Shown piece by piece: positions 26,207-36,009 of a DNA stretch of 64,000 nucleotides. Each line of letters opens with the position of its first letter. Position 1 is the stretch's first letter. The notes under the pieces were generated by a model. It ran no database searches, had not been told where the DNA came from, and saw only the letters and a list, made by a program, of their open reading frames with translations. The stretch is from an uncultured Microbacteriaceae bacterium (GTDB taxonomy: Bacteria > Actinomycetota > Actinomycetes > Actinomycetales > Microbacteriaceae): assembly GCA_934661165.1 (NCBI GenBank), contig CAKUJB010000001.1, forward strand, positions 1,889 through 65,888. The letters are read 5' to 3'. Position numbers and translations under genes: made by a program.

Positions 26207-26833
26207 ATGACGATCACCGCCCCCGTCGCCCGTCCTGTCCTCGTCGACCTCATTCCGAGGCCGACGACCGCGGCTCGTGCGCTGCTGGTCGACGCCGGCC
26301 TCGTGCTCGCCGGCGTCGCCGTCGTCGCGGCGCTCGCGAAGGTCGCGTTCTTCATCGGCCCGGTGCCGATCACGGGCCAGACCGCGGGCGTCATCCTCGT
26401 CGGCGCGGCGCTCGGCGCCCGGCGCGGCGCGGTCGCGCTCACGACGTACCTGCTGCTGGGCCTCGCGGGACTGCCGATCTTCGCCGGCCTCGTCGCGGGT
26501 CCGCTCTACGTGCTCTCGCCCTCGTTCGGCTTCATCATCGGGTTCATCCCCGCCGCATTCGTCGCGGGCTGGTTCGCGGAGCGGGCCTGGGATCGCAAGC
26601 CGTGGCTCGCATTCGTCGGCTTCGTCCTCGCGAGCATCGTGCCGTTCCTCGTCGGGGTTCCGTACATGGCGCTCATCCTCGCCGCGGCACTGGGCCAGCC
26701 GATCACGTTCGGCAGCGTCATGGAGGCGGGCCTGCTGCCGTTCATCGTGCCGGGGCTCATCAAGGCCGCGGCGGTCGCCCTGCTGCTCCCGGCCGTCTGG
26801 CTCGGCGTGCGCGCGATCGACCGTCGGCGCTGA
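26207..26833 (+). CDS. bioY: biotin transporter BioY
   Basis: 208 aa, six hydrophobic segments, with PITGQTAGVILVGAALG and GFIIGFIPAAFVAGW, the typical BioY S-component pattern. Confidence 0.85.
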   Translation: MTITAPVARPVLVDLIPRPTTAARALLVDAGLVLAGVAVVAALAKVAFFIGPVPITGQTAGVILVGAALGARRGAVALTTYLLLGLAGLPIFAGLVAGPLYVLSPSFGFIIGFIPAAFVAGWFAERAWDRKPWLAFVGFVLASIVPFLVGVPYMALILAAALGQPITFGSVMEAGLLPFIVPGLIKAAAVALLLPAVWLGVRAIDRRR

Positions 26834-26839
26834 GCCGAC

Positions 26840-27166
26840 TCAGATCGAGAAGCCGAGGGCGCGCATCATGTCGCGCCCGTCCTCGGTGATCCGCTCGGGA
26901 CCCCACGGCGGCATCCAGACCCAGTTGATCCGGAACGCGTCGAACACCCCGTCGAGCGCATTCGCCATCTCCTCCTCGATGACGTCCGTGAGCGGACAGC
27001 CCGCGGAGGTGAGCGTCATCGAGACGAGGAGCTCATCCTCGTCCCCGAGCGAGAGGTCGTAGATGAGCCCGAGGTCCACGATGTTGACGCCGAGCTCCGG
27101 GTCGACGACTTCCTTGAGCGCCTCCTCGGCCTCGTCGAAGCGCTCGGGTGCGAGTTCGGTGGGCAT
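26840..27166 (-). CDS. sufT: DUF59/SufT-like Fe-S cluster assembly protein
   Basis: 108 aa with EALKEVVDPELGVNIVDLGLIY...MTLTSAGCPL. It is the last gene of the suf cluster. Confidence 0.88.
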   Translation of the reverse strand: MPTELAPERFDEAEEALKEVVDPELGVNIVDLGLIYDLSLGDEDELLVSMTLTSAGCPLTDVIEEEMANALDGVFDAFRINWVWMPPWGPERITEDGRDMMRALGFSI

Positions 27167-27178
27167 GGTCCCTCCAGG

Positions 27179-27946
27179 TTACTTCGAGTCTCCCGCCGAG
27201 ACGAGGTAGCGGTCGTAGCCCTCCTCCTCGAGGCGGTCGGCCAGCTCCGGGCCGCCCTCCTCGACGATGCGTCCCTCGACGAAGACGTGGACGAAGTCGG
27301 GTCGGATGTAGCGCAGGATGCGCGTGTAGTGCGTGATGAGGAGGATGCCGAGGTCGCTCGTCTCACGGGCGCGGTTGACGCCCTCCGAGACGATCTTCAG
27401 CGCGTCGACGTCGAGGCCGGAGTCGGTCTCGTCGAGGATCGCGAAGCGCGGGCGGAGCAGGCCGAGCTGGAGGATCTCGTGACGCTTCTTCTCCCCGCCG
27501 GAGAAGCCCTCGTTGACGTTGCGCTCCGCGAAGGTGCGGTCCATGCGCAGCTCCTCCATCGAGGTGCGCACCTCCTTGATCCACGGCCGGATCGCGGGCG
27601 CCTCGCCCGTCAGCGCGGTCTTCGCCGTGCGGAGGAAGTCGGCGACCTTGACGCCGGGGATCTCCACGGGGTACTGCATCGCGAGGAAGAGCCCGGCGCG
27701 GGCGCGCTCGTCGACGCTCATGTCGAGGACGTCCTCGCCGTCGAGCGTGACCGTGCCGCCGTCGATCGAGTACTTGGGGTGGCCGGCGAGCGCGTAGGCG
27801 AGCGTCGACTTGCCGGAGCCGTTCGGGCCCATGATCGCGTGGGTCTCACCGGAGCGGATCGTGAGGTCGACGCCGCGCAGGATCGGCTTGGCGCCCTGCT
27901 CGGTCTCGACGCTGACGTGGAGGTCGCGGATGACGAGTTCAGACAT
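27179..27946 (-). CDS. sufC: Fe-S cluster assembly ATPase SufC
   Basis: ATG at 27946 gives MSELVIRDLHVSV...GPNGSGKSTLAYALAGHPKY...FSGGEKKRHEILQL...ILDETDSGLD. TGATG junction with the Rieske gene. Confidence 0.94.
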   Translation of the reverse strand: MSELVIRDLHVSVETEQGAKPILRGVDLTIRSGETHAIMGPNGSGKSTLAYALAGHPKYSIDGGTVTLDGEDVLDMSVDERARAGLFLAMQYPVEIPGVKVADFLRTAKTALTGEAPAIRPWIKEVRTSMEELRMDRTFAERNVNEGFSGGEKKRHEILQLGLLRPRFAILDETDSGLDVDALKIVSEGVNRARETSDLGILLITHYTRILRYIRPDFVHVFVEGRIVEEGGPELADRLEEEGYDRYLVSAGDSK

Positions 27947-28269
27947 CAGAATTCCTTCGGGGTGGGGTCGGCGTAGACGATGCCATCGATGATCGTCACG
28001 GGGAATGCGGGGACCGGCTCGTAGGCCGGCAGGGAGAGCGCGGCGCCGGTGCGGAGGTCGAACTTCGCGCCGTGGGCCCAGCACTCGACGGTGCCGTCCT
28101 CGAAGAAGCCCTCCGAGAGCGAGACGTCGCCGTGGGAGCAGCGGTCGCCGATGCAGTGGACCTCGCCGCGGTCGTCGAGCACGACGCAGACGGGGACGTC
28201 GCCGAGCATCGAGTACTTCGCCTCGTTCGGCGCGAGCTCCTCGAGGCGGGCGACCTCCACTCGGGTCAT
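27946..28269 (-). CDS. Rieske (2Fe-2S) ferredoxin-like protein within the suf operon
   Basis: 107 aa with CSHGDVSLSEG (CxH) and ECWAHGAKF (CxxH). Confidence 0.88.
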   Translation of the reverse strand: MTRVEVARLEELAPNEAKYSMLGDVPVCVVLDDRGEVHCIGDRCSHGDVSLSEGFFEDGTVECWAHGAKFDLRTGAALSLPAYEPVPAFPVTIIDGIVYADPTPKEF

Positions 28270-29366
28270 GCCACGGCCTCCACGGCGGGGAGCCTCGTCT
28301 CGAGCTCGGCCTCGACGGCCGCGGCGAGCCGGGCCTGCAGCTCGGGCTCCTCGATGTGCTGCAGGATCTCAGCGAGGAACCCGATGACGACGAGCCGGCG
28401 CGCCTCGGACTCGGGGATGCCGCGGGACATGAGATAGAAGAGCTGGGCGTCGTCGAAGCGCCCGGTCGCGCTCGCGTGGCCGGCGCCGGTGATCTCGCCC
28501 GTCTCGATCTCGAGGTTGGGGATCGAGTCGGCCCGTGCGCCCTCCGTGAGGAGCAGGTTGCGGTTCTGCTCGTAGCTGTCGGTGCCGACCGCGTCGGCGC
28601 CGATGAGGACGTCCCCGACCCAGACGGTGCGGGCGCCCTCGCCCTGCAGCGCGCCCTTGTAGACGACGTTGCCCTTCGTGTGCCGGCCGACGTGGTGGAG
28701 GAAGACCTGGGACTCGAGGTGCTGGCCCTCGTCGGCGAATGCGAGGCCGAGGAGCTGCCCCTCGGCACCCTCGCCCTCGAGGCGCACGCTCGTGTTGAGC
28801 CGCACGACGGCCCCGCCGAGCGAGACGACGATGTGGGTGAGCTTCGCGCCGCGGCCGACGGAGGCCTGGTGGGCGGACGCGTGCACCGCGTCGTCGTCCC
28901 ATTCCTGCACGCTCAGGAGCGTGAGGTCGGCGCCCTCTTCGACACGAATGCGCACGTTCTGCGCGTAGCGGGCCGCCCCGGAGTGCTCGAGGACGATCGT
29001 GCCGACCGACCGGGGCTCGGCGACGACGAGGACGTTCGGCGGGAGGTCCTCGCCCTGGAGCGCGATGTGGCGGGTCTCGCCCGAGTTGTCGCCGCGCACC
29101 CGGATCTCGCTCGTGCCGCCGCGCCGCCAGGCCTTCGCGCTGACGACGTCCTCCGGACGGAAGTCCTCCGGGGCGTCGCCGACGACCTCTGGCGCCTCGG
29201 CGTCGATGAGGGGACGGAGCCGGTCGATGTCGCTCAGCCGCCACATCGGGTCGCGCCGGTCGACCGCGTCGAAGTCCGCGGGGTCGTGCGACCACGGGCG
29301 CTCGTCGCGGGTCTGGACGGGCGCGATCCAACCATCGGCGCTCCCGCCGTGTGTGTGCTGCTGCAT
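28266..29366 (-). CDS. sufD: Fe-S cluster assembly protein SufD
   Basis: 366 aa with a C-terminal ...[27 protein letters not shown] motif. Position between sufB and sufC. Confidence 0.9.
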   Translation of the reverse strand: MQQHTHGGSADGWIAPVQTRDERPWSHDPADFDAVDRRDPMWRLSDIDRLRPLIDAEAPEVVGDAPEDFRPEDVVSAKAWRRGGTSEIRVRGDNSGETRHIALQGEDLPPNVLVVAEPRSVGTIVLEHSGAARYAQNVRIRVEEGADLTLLSVQEWDDDAVHASAHQASVGRGAKLTHIVVSLGGAVVRLNTSVRLEGEGAEGQLLGLAFADEGQHLESQVFLHHVGRHTKGNVVYKGALQGEGARTVWVGDVLIGADAVGTDSYEQNRNLLLTEGARADSIPNLEIETGEITGAGHASATGRFDDAQLFYLMSRGIPESEARRLVVIGFLAEILQHIEEPELQARLAAAVEAELETRLPAVEAVA

Positions 29367-29370
29367 GGGA

Positions 29371-30789
29371 CTAGCCCACCGAGCCTTCCATGTTCATCTC
29401 GATGAGTTTGTTGAGCTCCATCGCGTACTCCATCGGCAGCTCGCGCGCGATCGGCTCGATGAAGCCGCGCACGATCATCGCCATCGCCTCGGCCTCCGGG
29501 ACGCCGCGCGACATGAGGTAGAACAGCTGCTGCTCGCTCACCCGCGACACCGTCGCCTCGTGGCCGAGCTGCGCGTCGTCGACGCGGATGTCGATCGCCG
29601 GGTAGGTGTCGGAGCGGGAGATCGTGTCGACGAGGAGCGCGTCGCACACGACGGAGTTCGCGGCGTGATGCGCGCTCGGCTCGATGCGCACCTCGCCGCG
29701 ATAGCCGGTGCGACCGCCACCGCGTGCGATGGACTTCGAGACGATCGAGGACTGCGTGTGGGGGGCGAGGTGGATCATCTTCGCGCCCGCGTCCTGGTGC
29801 TGTCCGGGGCCGGCGAAGGCGACGGAGAGTGTCTCCCCCTTCGCGTGCTCGCCGACGAGGTACACCGAGGGGTACTTCATCGTCACCTTCGAGCCGATGT
29901 TGCCGTCGACCCATTCCATGGTCGCGCCCTCGTGGGCAACGGCGCGCTTCGTGACGAGGTTGTAGACGTTCGTCGACCAGTTCTGGATGGTCGTGTAGCG
30001 CACCCGCGCATTCTTCTTCACGATGATCTCGACGACGGCCGAGTGCAGCGAGTCCGACTTGTAGATCGGCGCCGTGCAGCCCTCGATGTAGTGCACGTAC
30101 GAGCCCTCGTCGGCGATGATGAGCGTCCGCTCGAACTGCCCCATGTTCTCGGTGTTGATCCGGAAGTAGGCCTGGAGCGGGATCTCGACGTGGACGCCGG
30201 GCGGGACGTAGACGAAGGAGCCGCCCGACCACACCGCGGTGTTGAGCGCGGCGAACTTGTTGTCGCCCGACGGGATGACGGTGCCGAAGTACTCGTCGAA
30301 GAACTCCGGATGCTCGCGCAGCGCCGTGTCGGTGTCCATGAAGATGACACCCTGCTTCTCGAGCTCCTCGTTGATCTGGTGGTAGACGACCTCGGACTCG
30401 TACTGCGCCGCGACCCCGGCGACGAGCCGCTGCCGCTCGGCCTCGGGGATCCCGATGCGCTCGTACGTCTCCTTGATCTCGTCCGGCAGCTCCTCCCAGG
30501 TCGCCGCCTGGCGCTCCGTCGAGCGGACGAAGTATTTGATGTTGTCGAAGTCGATCGCCGACAGGTCGGCGCCCCACGAGGGCATCGGTTTGCGCTGGAA
30601 GAGCGCGAGGCCGCGGAGTCGCTGCTTGAGCATCGACTCCGGCTCCTCCTTGAGGGCCGAGATGTCTCGGACCACCGCCTCGCTCAGGCCGCGCTTCGCG
30701 CTGGCGCCGGCGACATCCGAATCGTGCCAGCCGAACTCGTACTGCCCAAGGGCGTCGATCTCCGGCCGATCGATGAGTACATCGGTCAT
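29371..30789 (-). CDS. sufB: Fe-S cluster assembly protein SufB
   Basis: 472 aa with ...[25 protein letters not shown]...[23 protein letters not shown]. Confidence 0.95.
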   Translation of the reverse strand: MTDVLIDRPEIDALGQYEFGWHDSDVAGASAKRGLSEAVVRDISALKEEPESMLKQRLRGLALFQRKPMPSWGADLSAIDFDNIKYFVRSTERQAATWEELPDEIKETYERIGIPEAERQRLVAGVAAQYESEVVYHQINEELEKQGVIFMDTDTALREHPEFFDEYFGTVIPSGDNKFAALNTAVWSGGSFVYVPPGVHVEIPLQAYFRINTENMGQFERTLIIADEGSYVHYIEGCTAPIYKSDSLHSAVVEIIVKKNARVRYTTIQNWSTNVYNLVTKRAVAHEGATMEWVDGNIGSKVTMKYPSVYLVGEHAKGETLSVAFAGPGQHQDAGAKMIHLAPHTQSSIVSKSIARGGGRTGYRGEVRIEPSAHHAANSVVCDALLVDTISRSDTYPAIDIRVDDAQLGHEATVSRVSEQQLFYLMSRGVPEAEAMAMIVRGFIEPIARELPMEYAMELNKLIEMNMEGSVG

Positions 30790-30914
30790 GTGTTCAACTC
30801 ACTCTCCACCGAAGCGAACTATCAGGTCCGTGTCGGTATTCCGCCTTGAACGGCGGCACTAAAATCGTAGAGCACCCAGCTGGGTCCCAGGTGCGAGACA
30901 GAAGGGTTGGGGGC

Positions 30915-31814
30915 ATGAGCGGCTTCTGGACGTCGGCGACCGGAGTCCTGCGCCGGGGTCTCGTGCCCATCGCCTGGCTCAACCTCATCGGCAATGTGCT
31001 CATCATCGCGACGGGCGGCGCGGTCCGGCTCACCGGATCGGGTCTCGGCTGCTCGACCTGGCCGATGTGCACCGACACCTCCTGGGTGCCGGTGGCCGAG
31101 GATGGCATCCACGGGATCATCGAATTTGGCAACCGGCTCATGTCGCCCGTGCTCCTCGTGCTCGCCGCACTCGCGCTCCTCGGGACCTGGGGTCTGCGTC
31201 ACACGCGCCGCGACCTGTGGGCGCACGCGGTCGTCATAGCCGTCGGCGTCGTCGGCCAAGGCGTGCTCGGCGGCATCGTCGTGCTCACGCAGCTCGACAT
31301 GTCGACGGTCGGCTGGCATTACCTCATCTCCGCCGCGCTTGCCGGGGTCTGCGCCTCCTTCGTGCTGCGCGCCGGCCGGCCGGCGGGGCCTCGCGAGCGC
31401 GCCCTCCCCCGGTGGCTCGTCATCGCGACGCACGTCGCGAGCCTCCTGCTCGCGGCCGTCGTCGTCGGCGGCGTCGTCACGACCGGCAACGGCCCGCACT
31501 CCGGGGACGCCGAGGTCATCCGGGACTCGGCCGCATGGGAGCAGCTCGTCCACATTCACGCGTGGCTCAGCTACGCATTCGTGGCCGTCGTGCTCGTCCT
31601 GCTCGTCGGCGGACTCGCCGTGCGCGTGCGTCGCTACGTGATCGCGGTCCTCGCGGTCGTGCTCGTCGTCGGGATCCAGATCGCGGTCGGCATCATCCAG
31701 GCGCGGCTCGGCATCCCGCCGCTGCTCGTCAGCATTCACATGGTGCTCGCGGCGGTCACCGTCGCGCTCGGCGTCGTCCTCGTCGACGCGACGAAGCGGC
31801 CCGCGAGCCGCTGA
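30915..31814 (+). CDS. ctaA: heme A synthase (COX15/CtaA family)
   Basis: ATG at 30915 gives MSGFW..AVRLTGSGLGCSTWPMC...EFGNRL...IHMVLAAV. Multi-pass membrane protein. Confidence 0.88.
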   Translation: MSGFWTSATGVLRRGLVPIAWLNLIGNVLIIATGGAVRLTGSGLGCSTWPMCTDTSWVPVAEDGIHGIIEFGNRLMSPVLLVLAALALLGTWGLRHTRRDLWAHAVVIAVGVVGQGVLGGIVVLTQLDMSTVGWHYLISAALAGVCASFVLRAGRPAGPRERALPRWLVIATHVASLLLAAVVVGGVVTTGNGPHSGDAEVIRDSAAWEQLVHIHAWLSYAFVAVVLVLLVGGLAVRVRRYVIAVLAVVLVVGIQIAVGIIQARLGIPPLLVSIHMVLAAVTVALGVVLVDATKRPASR

Positions 31815-31861
31815 TCAACCCGTTGTGCACAACCCGCACAACGTGTGAGTGGTTGCGAGCC

Positions 31862-31883
31862 GTTCACCTCGGGTTCACCTTGC
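31862..31883 (+). promoter_or_regulatory. PHO-box-like tandem 11-nt direct repeats upstream of pstS
   Basis: GTTCACCTCGG (31862-31872) is immediately followed by GTTCACCTTGC (31873-31883), 86-107 nt upstream of the pstS GTG. This matches the GTTCACC-type 11-nt repeat units bound by actinobacterial PhoP-family regulators. Confidence 0.6.
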
Positions 31884-31968
31884 CGACCGTGTCGCGTCAT
31901 CGGGGCTTCGTAGCGTGGCGGGCGATCGGGAATCGATCACCTGCAGTCACAGTCCGAAGGGAATCCTT

Positions 31969-33072
31969 GTGAACATCAAGCGAATCGGCACCGTCGGTGC
32001 GATCGCCATCGCGGGCAGCCTGCTGCTCGCGTCCTGCGCGGCCAACGAGCCCGCCGCTCCGGTCGCGCCGACCGGTGACGCCCCCGCGGCGTCGACCCTC
32101 GAGGGCACGCTGACCGGCTCGGGCGCCTCGAGCCAGGAGAAGGCGCAGACCGCCTGGATCGCCGAGATCCAGACCGCGAACCCGGGCCTCACGATCAACT
32201 ACTCCGCCGGCGGCTCCGGCGTCGGCCGCACCGCCTTCATCGAGGGCGCGGCTGACTTCGTCGGCTCCGACCGCGCGTTCAAGACGAGCGAGATCGACGA
32301 GAACGAGTTCGGCTCCTGCGTGCCGGGCACCGACCTCGTCGAGCTGCCGCTCTACATCTCGCCCATCGCGATCGGCTACAACCTGCCGGGCGTCGACGAG
32401 CTCAACCTCGACGCGGACACCCTCGCGAAGATCTTCGGCAACCAGATCACGACGTGGAACGACCCGGCGATCGCCGCGCTCAACGAGGGCGCCGACCTCC
32501 CGTCGCTCGCCATCACGCCGGTCTTCCGGTCGACGAACTCGGGCACGACCGAGAACTTCACGCACTACCTCAAGGGCGCGGCGCCCGACGCCTGGATCTT
32601 CGACGTGAGCGGCGACTGGCCCGCGGGCCTGACCGGCGAGGCGGCGGCCGAGACCGGCGACGTCGCCGCGGCGCTCGAGTTCGAGGGAACCATCGGCTAC
32701 CTCGACGCCTCGCGCGCCCCTGGCACCACCGCCGCGATCAAGGTCGGCGACGCCTTCGTGCCGTACTCGCCGGAGGGCGCCGCGGCCGTCGTCGACGCCT
32801 CCCCGCTCGAGGACGGTCGCGCGCCGACCGACCTCGCCGTCGCGCTCGACCGGAGCACGACCGCGCCCGGCGCCTACCCGCTCGTGCTGATCAGCTACCT
32901 CATCGGCTGCACCGAGTACGCGGACCCGGCGCAGGGTGCGCTCGTGAAGGCGTACTTTGAGTACATGGCGAGCGAGGACGGCCAGGCGGCCGCCGCGGCC
33001 GCCGCCGGCTCCGCGCCGATCTCGGCCGAGCTCCGCACCAAGGCCGAGGCCGCGATCGCCGTCATCAACTGA
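31969..33072 (+). CDS. pstS: phosphate ABC transporter substrate-binding lipoprotein PstS
   Basis: GTG at 31969 (GAAGGGAA RBS) gives (M)NIKRIGTVGAIAIAGSLLLASCAAN (lipobox) ...GSGASSQ...STNSGTT. Confidence 0.92.
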   Translation: MNIKRIGTVGAIAIAGSLLLASCAANEPAAPVAPTGDAPAASTLEGTLTGSGASSQEKAQTAWIAEIQTANPGLTINYSAGGSGVGRTAFIEGAADFVGSDRAFKTSEIDENEFGSCVPGTDLVELPLYISPIAIGYNLPGVDELNLDADTLAKIFGNQITTWNDPAIAALNEGADLPSLAITPVFRSTNSGTTENFTHYLKGAAPDAWIFDVSGDWPAGLTGEAAAETGDVAAALEFEGTIGYLDASRAPGTTAAIKVGDAFVPYSPEGAAAVVDASPLEDGRAPTDLAVALDRSTTAPGAYPLVLISYLIGCTEYADPAQGALVKAYFEYMASEDGQAAAAAAAGSAPISAELRTKAEAAIAVIN

Positions 33073-33078
33073 GGCCGT

Positions 33079-33129
33079 GGGGCTGTCGGCCCGATGCCGC
33101 CCGCAGGGTAGCGTTGGACCGACAGCCCC
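33079..33129 (+). promoter_or_regulatory. intercistronic stem-loop between pstS and pstC (possible partial terminator or mRNA stabiliser)
   Basis: GGGGCTGTCGG (33079-33089) and CCGACAGCCCC (33119-33129) are exact reverse complements with a 29-nt loop. No U-tract follows. Confidence 0.5.
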
Positions 33130-33166
33130 GCTCCTTGCCCCCGCACCTCGCGACAGGGACCCCCGA

Positions 33167-34114
33167 ATGACTGCAGCAGTCGCCCGCCGCATCAAGGCGA
33201 AGCAGCGCCCCGCCGACCGCGCGTTCTCCGGCGCCGCGATCGGCGCCGGCATCACGATCCTCATCGTGCTCGCCGCGGTCGCGCTCTTCCTCGTCGTCCG
33301 CGGCGTCCCGGGCTTCTTCGCGGATCCCGCGGAGGCGGACGTGCTTCGGGGCCTCGGCTTCTGGGAGTACGTCTGGCCGCTCGTCTTCGGCACCGTGTGG
33401 GTGTCGGTCATCGCGCTCGTCGTCGCCGTGCCGCTCGCGATCGCGATCGCGCTCTTCATCTCCCACTACGCGCCGCGCCGGCTCGCGACGCCGATCGGCT
33501 ACCTCATCGACCTGCTCGCCGCGGTGCCGTCGGTCGTCTACGGCCTGTGGGGCTATCTCGTCTTCGCGAATGCGCTGCTGCCGATCTACGCCTGGCTCAA
33601 CGAGTACCTGGGCTGGATCCCGCTCTTCGGCGGCGTGCTGTCCCCCACCGGGCGCACCATCCTCACCGCGGCGCTCGTCCTCGCCGTCATGATCCTGCCG
33701 ATCGTCACCGCGATCTGCCGCGAGATCTTCCTGCAGACCCCCTCGCTCCACGAGGAGGCGGCGCTCGCCCTCGGGGCGACCCGCTGGGAGATGATCCGGA
33801 TGGCCGTCCTCCCGTTCGGCCGGGCGGGCATCGTCTCCGGCGCGATGCTCGGGCTCGGGCGCGCGCTCGGCGAGACGATGGCCGTCGCGATGGTGCTGTC
33901 GGCGACGGGCGTCGTCACCTTCCAGCTCCTCACGAGCGCGAACCCGTCGACGATCCCGGCGAACATCGCGCTGAAGTTCGCGGAGGCGGGCCACGGGCTC
34001 AACGTCAACGTCCTCATCGGCACGGGGCTCGTGCTGTTCGTCATCTCCTTCGCGGTGAACGCGGCGGCGCGGTGGGTCGTCAACCGCCGCAAGGACTTCT
34101 CGGGAGCGAACTGA
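33167..34114 (+). CDS. pstC: phosphate ABC transporter permease PstC
   Basis: ATG at 33167 gives MTAAVARRIK.... Multi-pass protein with EAALALGATRWEMI (EAA loop). Confidence 0.92.
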   Translation: MTAAVARRIKAKQRPADRAFSGAAIGAGITILIVLAAVALFLVVRGVPGFFADPAEADVLRGLGFWEYVWPLVFGTVWVSVIALVVAVPLAIAIALFISHYAPRRLATPIGYLIDLLAAVPSVVYGLWGYLVFANALLPIYAWLNEYLGWIPLFGGVLSPTGRTILTAALVLAVMILPIVTAICREIFLQTPSLHEEAALALGATRWEMIRMAVLPFGRAGIVSGAMLGLGRALGETMAVAMVLSATGVVTFQLLTSANPSTIPANIALKFAEAGHGLNVNVLIGTGLVLFVISFAVNAAARWVVNRRKDFSGAN

Positions 34115-34115
34115 C

Positions 34116-35207
34116 ATGGCCGCTGTCGTGCAGGGCACGCGATCCGCGCCGCGCGCGCAGAGCACCCTCGTCTCGGGCCGGCTGCCGAACTGGGCGCCAT
34201 GGGCGATCCTCGCCGGCTCGATCGTCCTCTCCGTCGCGTTCTTCGCGATCGTCGCGGCGTCGAACGGGAGCGAGTTCTCCTTCGCCGGCGCCGCGGTCGT
34301 CGCAGCCGTCGTCGACGTCGTCGCGATGGTGACGATCTCGGCGCTCGCCGAGGGGCGCCGCCGCGCGACCGACCGGTTCGTCACCGCGATCGTCATCGGC
34401 GCATTCCTCATCGCCATGGCGCCGCTCGTGTCGGTCACCTGGACCGTCATCGCCGCCGGACTCCCCCGCTTCGACCTCGAGTTCTTCACCCACTCGATGC
34501 GCAGCGTCAACGGGCCGGGCGGCGGCGCGCTGCACGCGATCATGGGCACGCTCCAGATCACGCTCGTCTCGACGCTCATCTCGGTGCCGATCGGGCTGCT
34601 CACGTCGATCTACCTCGTCGAGTACGGGCGGGGCCGGCTCGCCCAGGCGATCACCTTCCTCGTCGACGTCATGACCGGAATCCCCTCGATCGTCGCGGGC
34701 CTCTTCGCCTTCGCGCTGTTCACAGTGATCGTCGGGCCGCGGGCGCAGTCGGGGCTCGCCGGGGCGATCGCGCTGAGCGTGCTCATGATCCCCGTCGTCG
34801 TGCGCTCGAGCGAGGAGATGCTGCGGATCGTGCCGAACGAGCTCCGCGAGGCCTCCTACGCGCTCGGGGTGCCGAAGTGGGCGACGGTCATGAAGGTCGT
34901 GCTGCCGACCTCCATCGCCGGCATCGCGACGGGCGTCGTGCTCGCGATCGCCCGCGTCATCGGCGAGACCGCGCCGCTGCTGCTCGCGGCGGGGTTCACG
35001 AACAACATGAACTACAACATGCTCGAGGGTCCGATGCAGACCCTCCCCCTCTTCGTCTACACGAGCTACCGCTCGTCGGGCGGCATGATCCAGGAGGACA
35101 TCGACCGGGCCTGGACCGGCGCGCTCGTCCTCATCCTCATCGTGCTCGCCCTCAACCTGATCGCCCGGCTCATCGCGAAGCTCTTCGCGCCGAAGACCGG
35201 CCGCTGA
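34116..35207 (+). CDS. pstA: phosphate ABC transporter permease PstA
   Basis: 363 aa with [14 protein letters not shown] (EAA loop). Follows pstC. Confidence 0.92.
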   Translation: MAAVVQGTRSAPRAQSTLVSGRLPNWAPWAILAGSIVLSVAFFAIVAASNGSEFSFAGAAVVAAVVDVVAMVTISALAEGRRRATDRFVTAIVIGAFLIAMAPLVSVTWTVIAAGLPRFDLEFFTHSMRSVNGPGGGALHAIMGTLQITLVSTLISVPIGLLTSIYLVEYGRGRLAQAITFLVDVMTGIPSIVAGLFAFALFTVIVGPRAQSGLAGAIALSVLMIPVVVRSSEEMLRIVPNELREASYALGVPKWATVMKVVLPTSIAGIATGVVLAIARVIGETAPLLLAAGFTNNMNYNMLEGPMQTLPLFVYTSYRSSGGMIQEDIDRAWTGALVLILIVLALNLIARLIAKLFAPKTGR

Positions 35208-35226
35208 CCGCACCAAGGGATCCGAT

Positions 35227-36006
35227 ATGTCCAAGCGCATCGAGGTCAAGGACCTCAACGTCCACTACGGCAAGTTCAAGGCGGTCGAGGACGTCGAGCT
35301 CGTCATCGAGCCCCGCAGCGTCACCGCGTTCATCGGCCCCTCCGGCTGCGGCAAGTCGACCTTCCTCCGCACGCTCAACCGCATGCACGAGGTCATCCCC
35401 GGCGCCTGGGTCGAGGGCCAGGTGCTCATCGACGGCGAGGACCTCTACGCGCCGGGCGTCGACCCGGTCCTCGTGCGGCGACAGGTCGGCATGGTCTTCC
35501 AGCGTCCGAACCCGTTCCCGACGATGTCGATCCGCGACAACGTCCTCGCGGGCGTGAAGCTCAACAACCAGCGGCTCACGAGGTCGGAGCAGGACGATCT
35601 CGCCGAGCGGTCGCTGCGCGGCGCGAACCTGTGGGAGGAGGTGAAGGACCGACTCGACAAGCCGGGCTCGGGCCTCTCCGGCGGCCAGCAGCAGCGGCTG
35701 TGCATCGCGCGGGCCATCGCGGTGTCTCCCCAGGTCATCCTCATGGACGAGCCCTGCTCCGCGCTCGACCCGATCTCGACCCTCGCGATCGAGGACCTCA
35801 TCGAGGAGCTCAAGCGCGACTACACCATCGTGATCGTCACGCACAACATGCAGCAGGCCTCGCGGGTCTCCGACCGGACGGCGTTCTTCAACATCGCGGG
35901 CACCGGCAAGCCCGGCCGCCTCATCGAGTACGACGACACCCGGAAGATCTTCAGCACCCCGGCGGTCCAGGCGACCGAGGACTACGTCTCGGGGAAGTTC
36001 GGCTGA
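35227..36006 (+). CDS. pstB: phosphate ABC transporter ATP-binding protein PstB
   Basis: [43 protein letters not shown]. Confidence 0.95.
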   Translation: MSKRIEVKDLNVHYGKFKAVEDVELVIEPRSVTAFIGPSGCGKSTFLRTLNRMHEVIPGAWVEGQVLIDGEDLYAPGVDPVLVRRQVGMVFQRPNPFPTMSIRDNVLAGVKLNNQRLTRSEQDDLAERSLRGANLWEEVKDRLDKPGSGLSGGQQQRLCIARAIAVSPQVILMDEPCSALDPISTLAIEDLIEELKRDYTIVIVTHNMQQASRVSDRTAFFNIAGTGKPGRLIEYDDTRKIFSTPAVQATEDYVSGKFG

Positions 36007-36009
36007 GCC

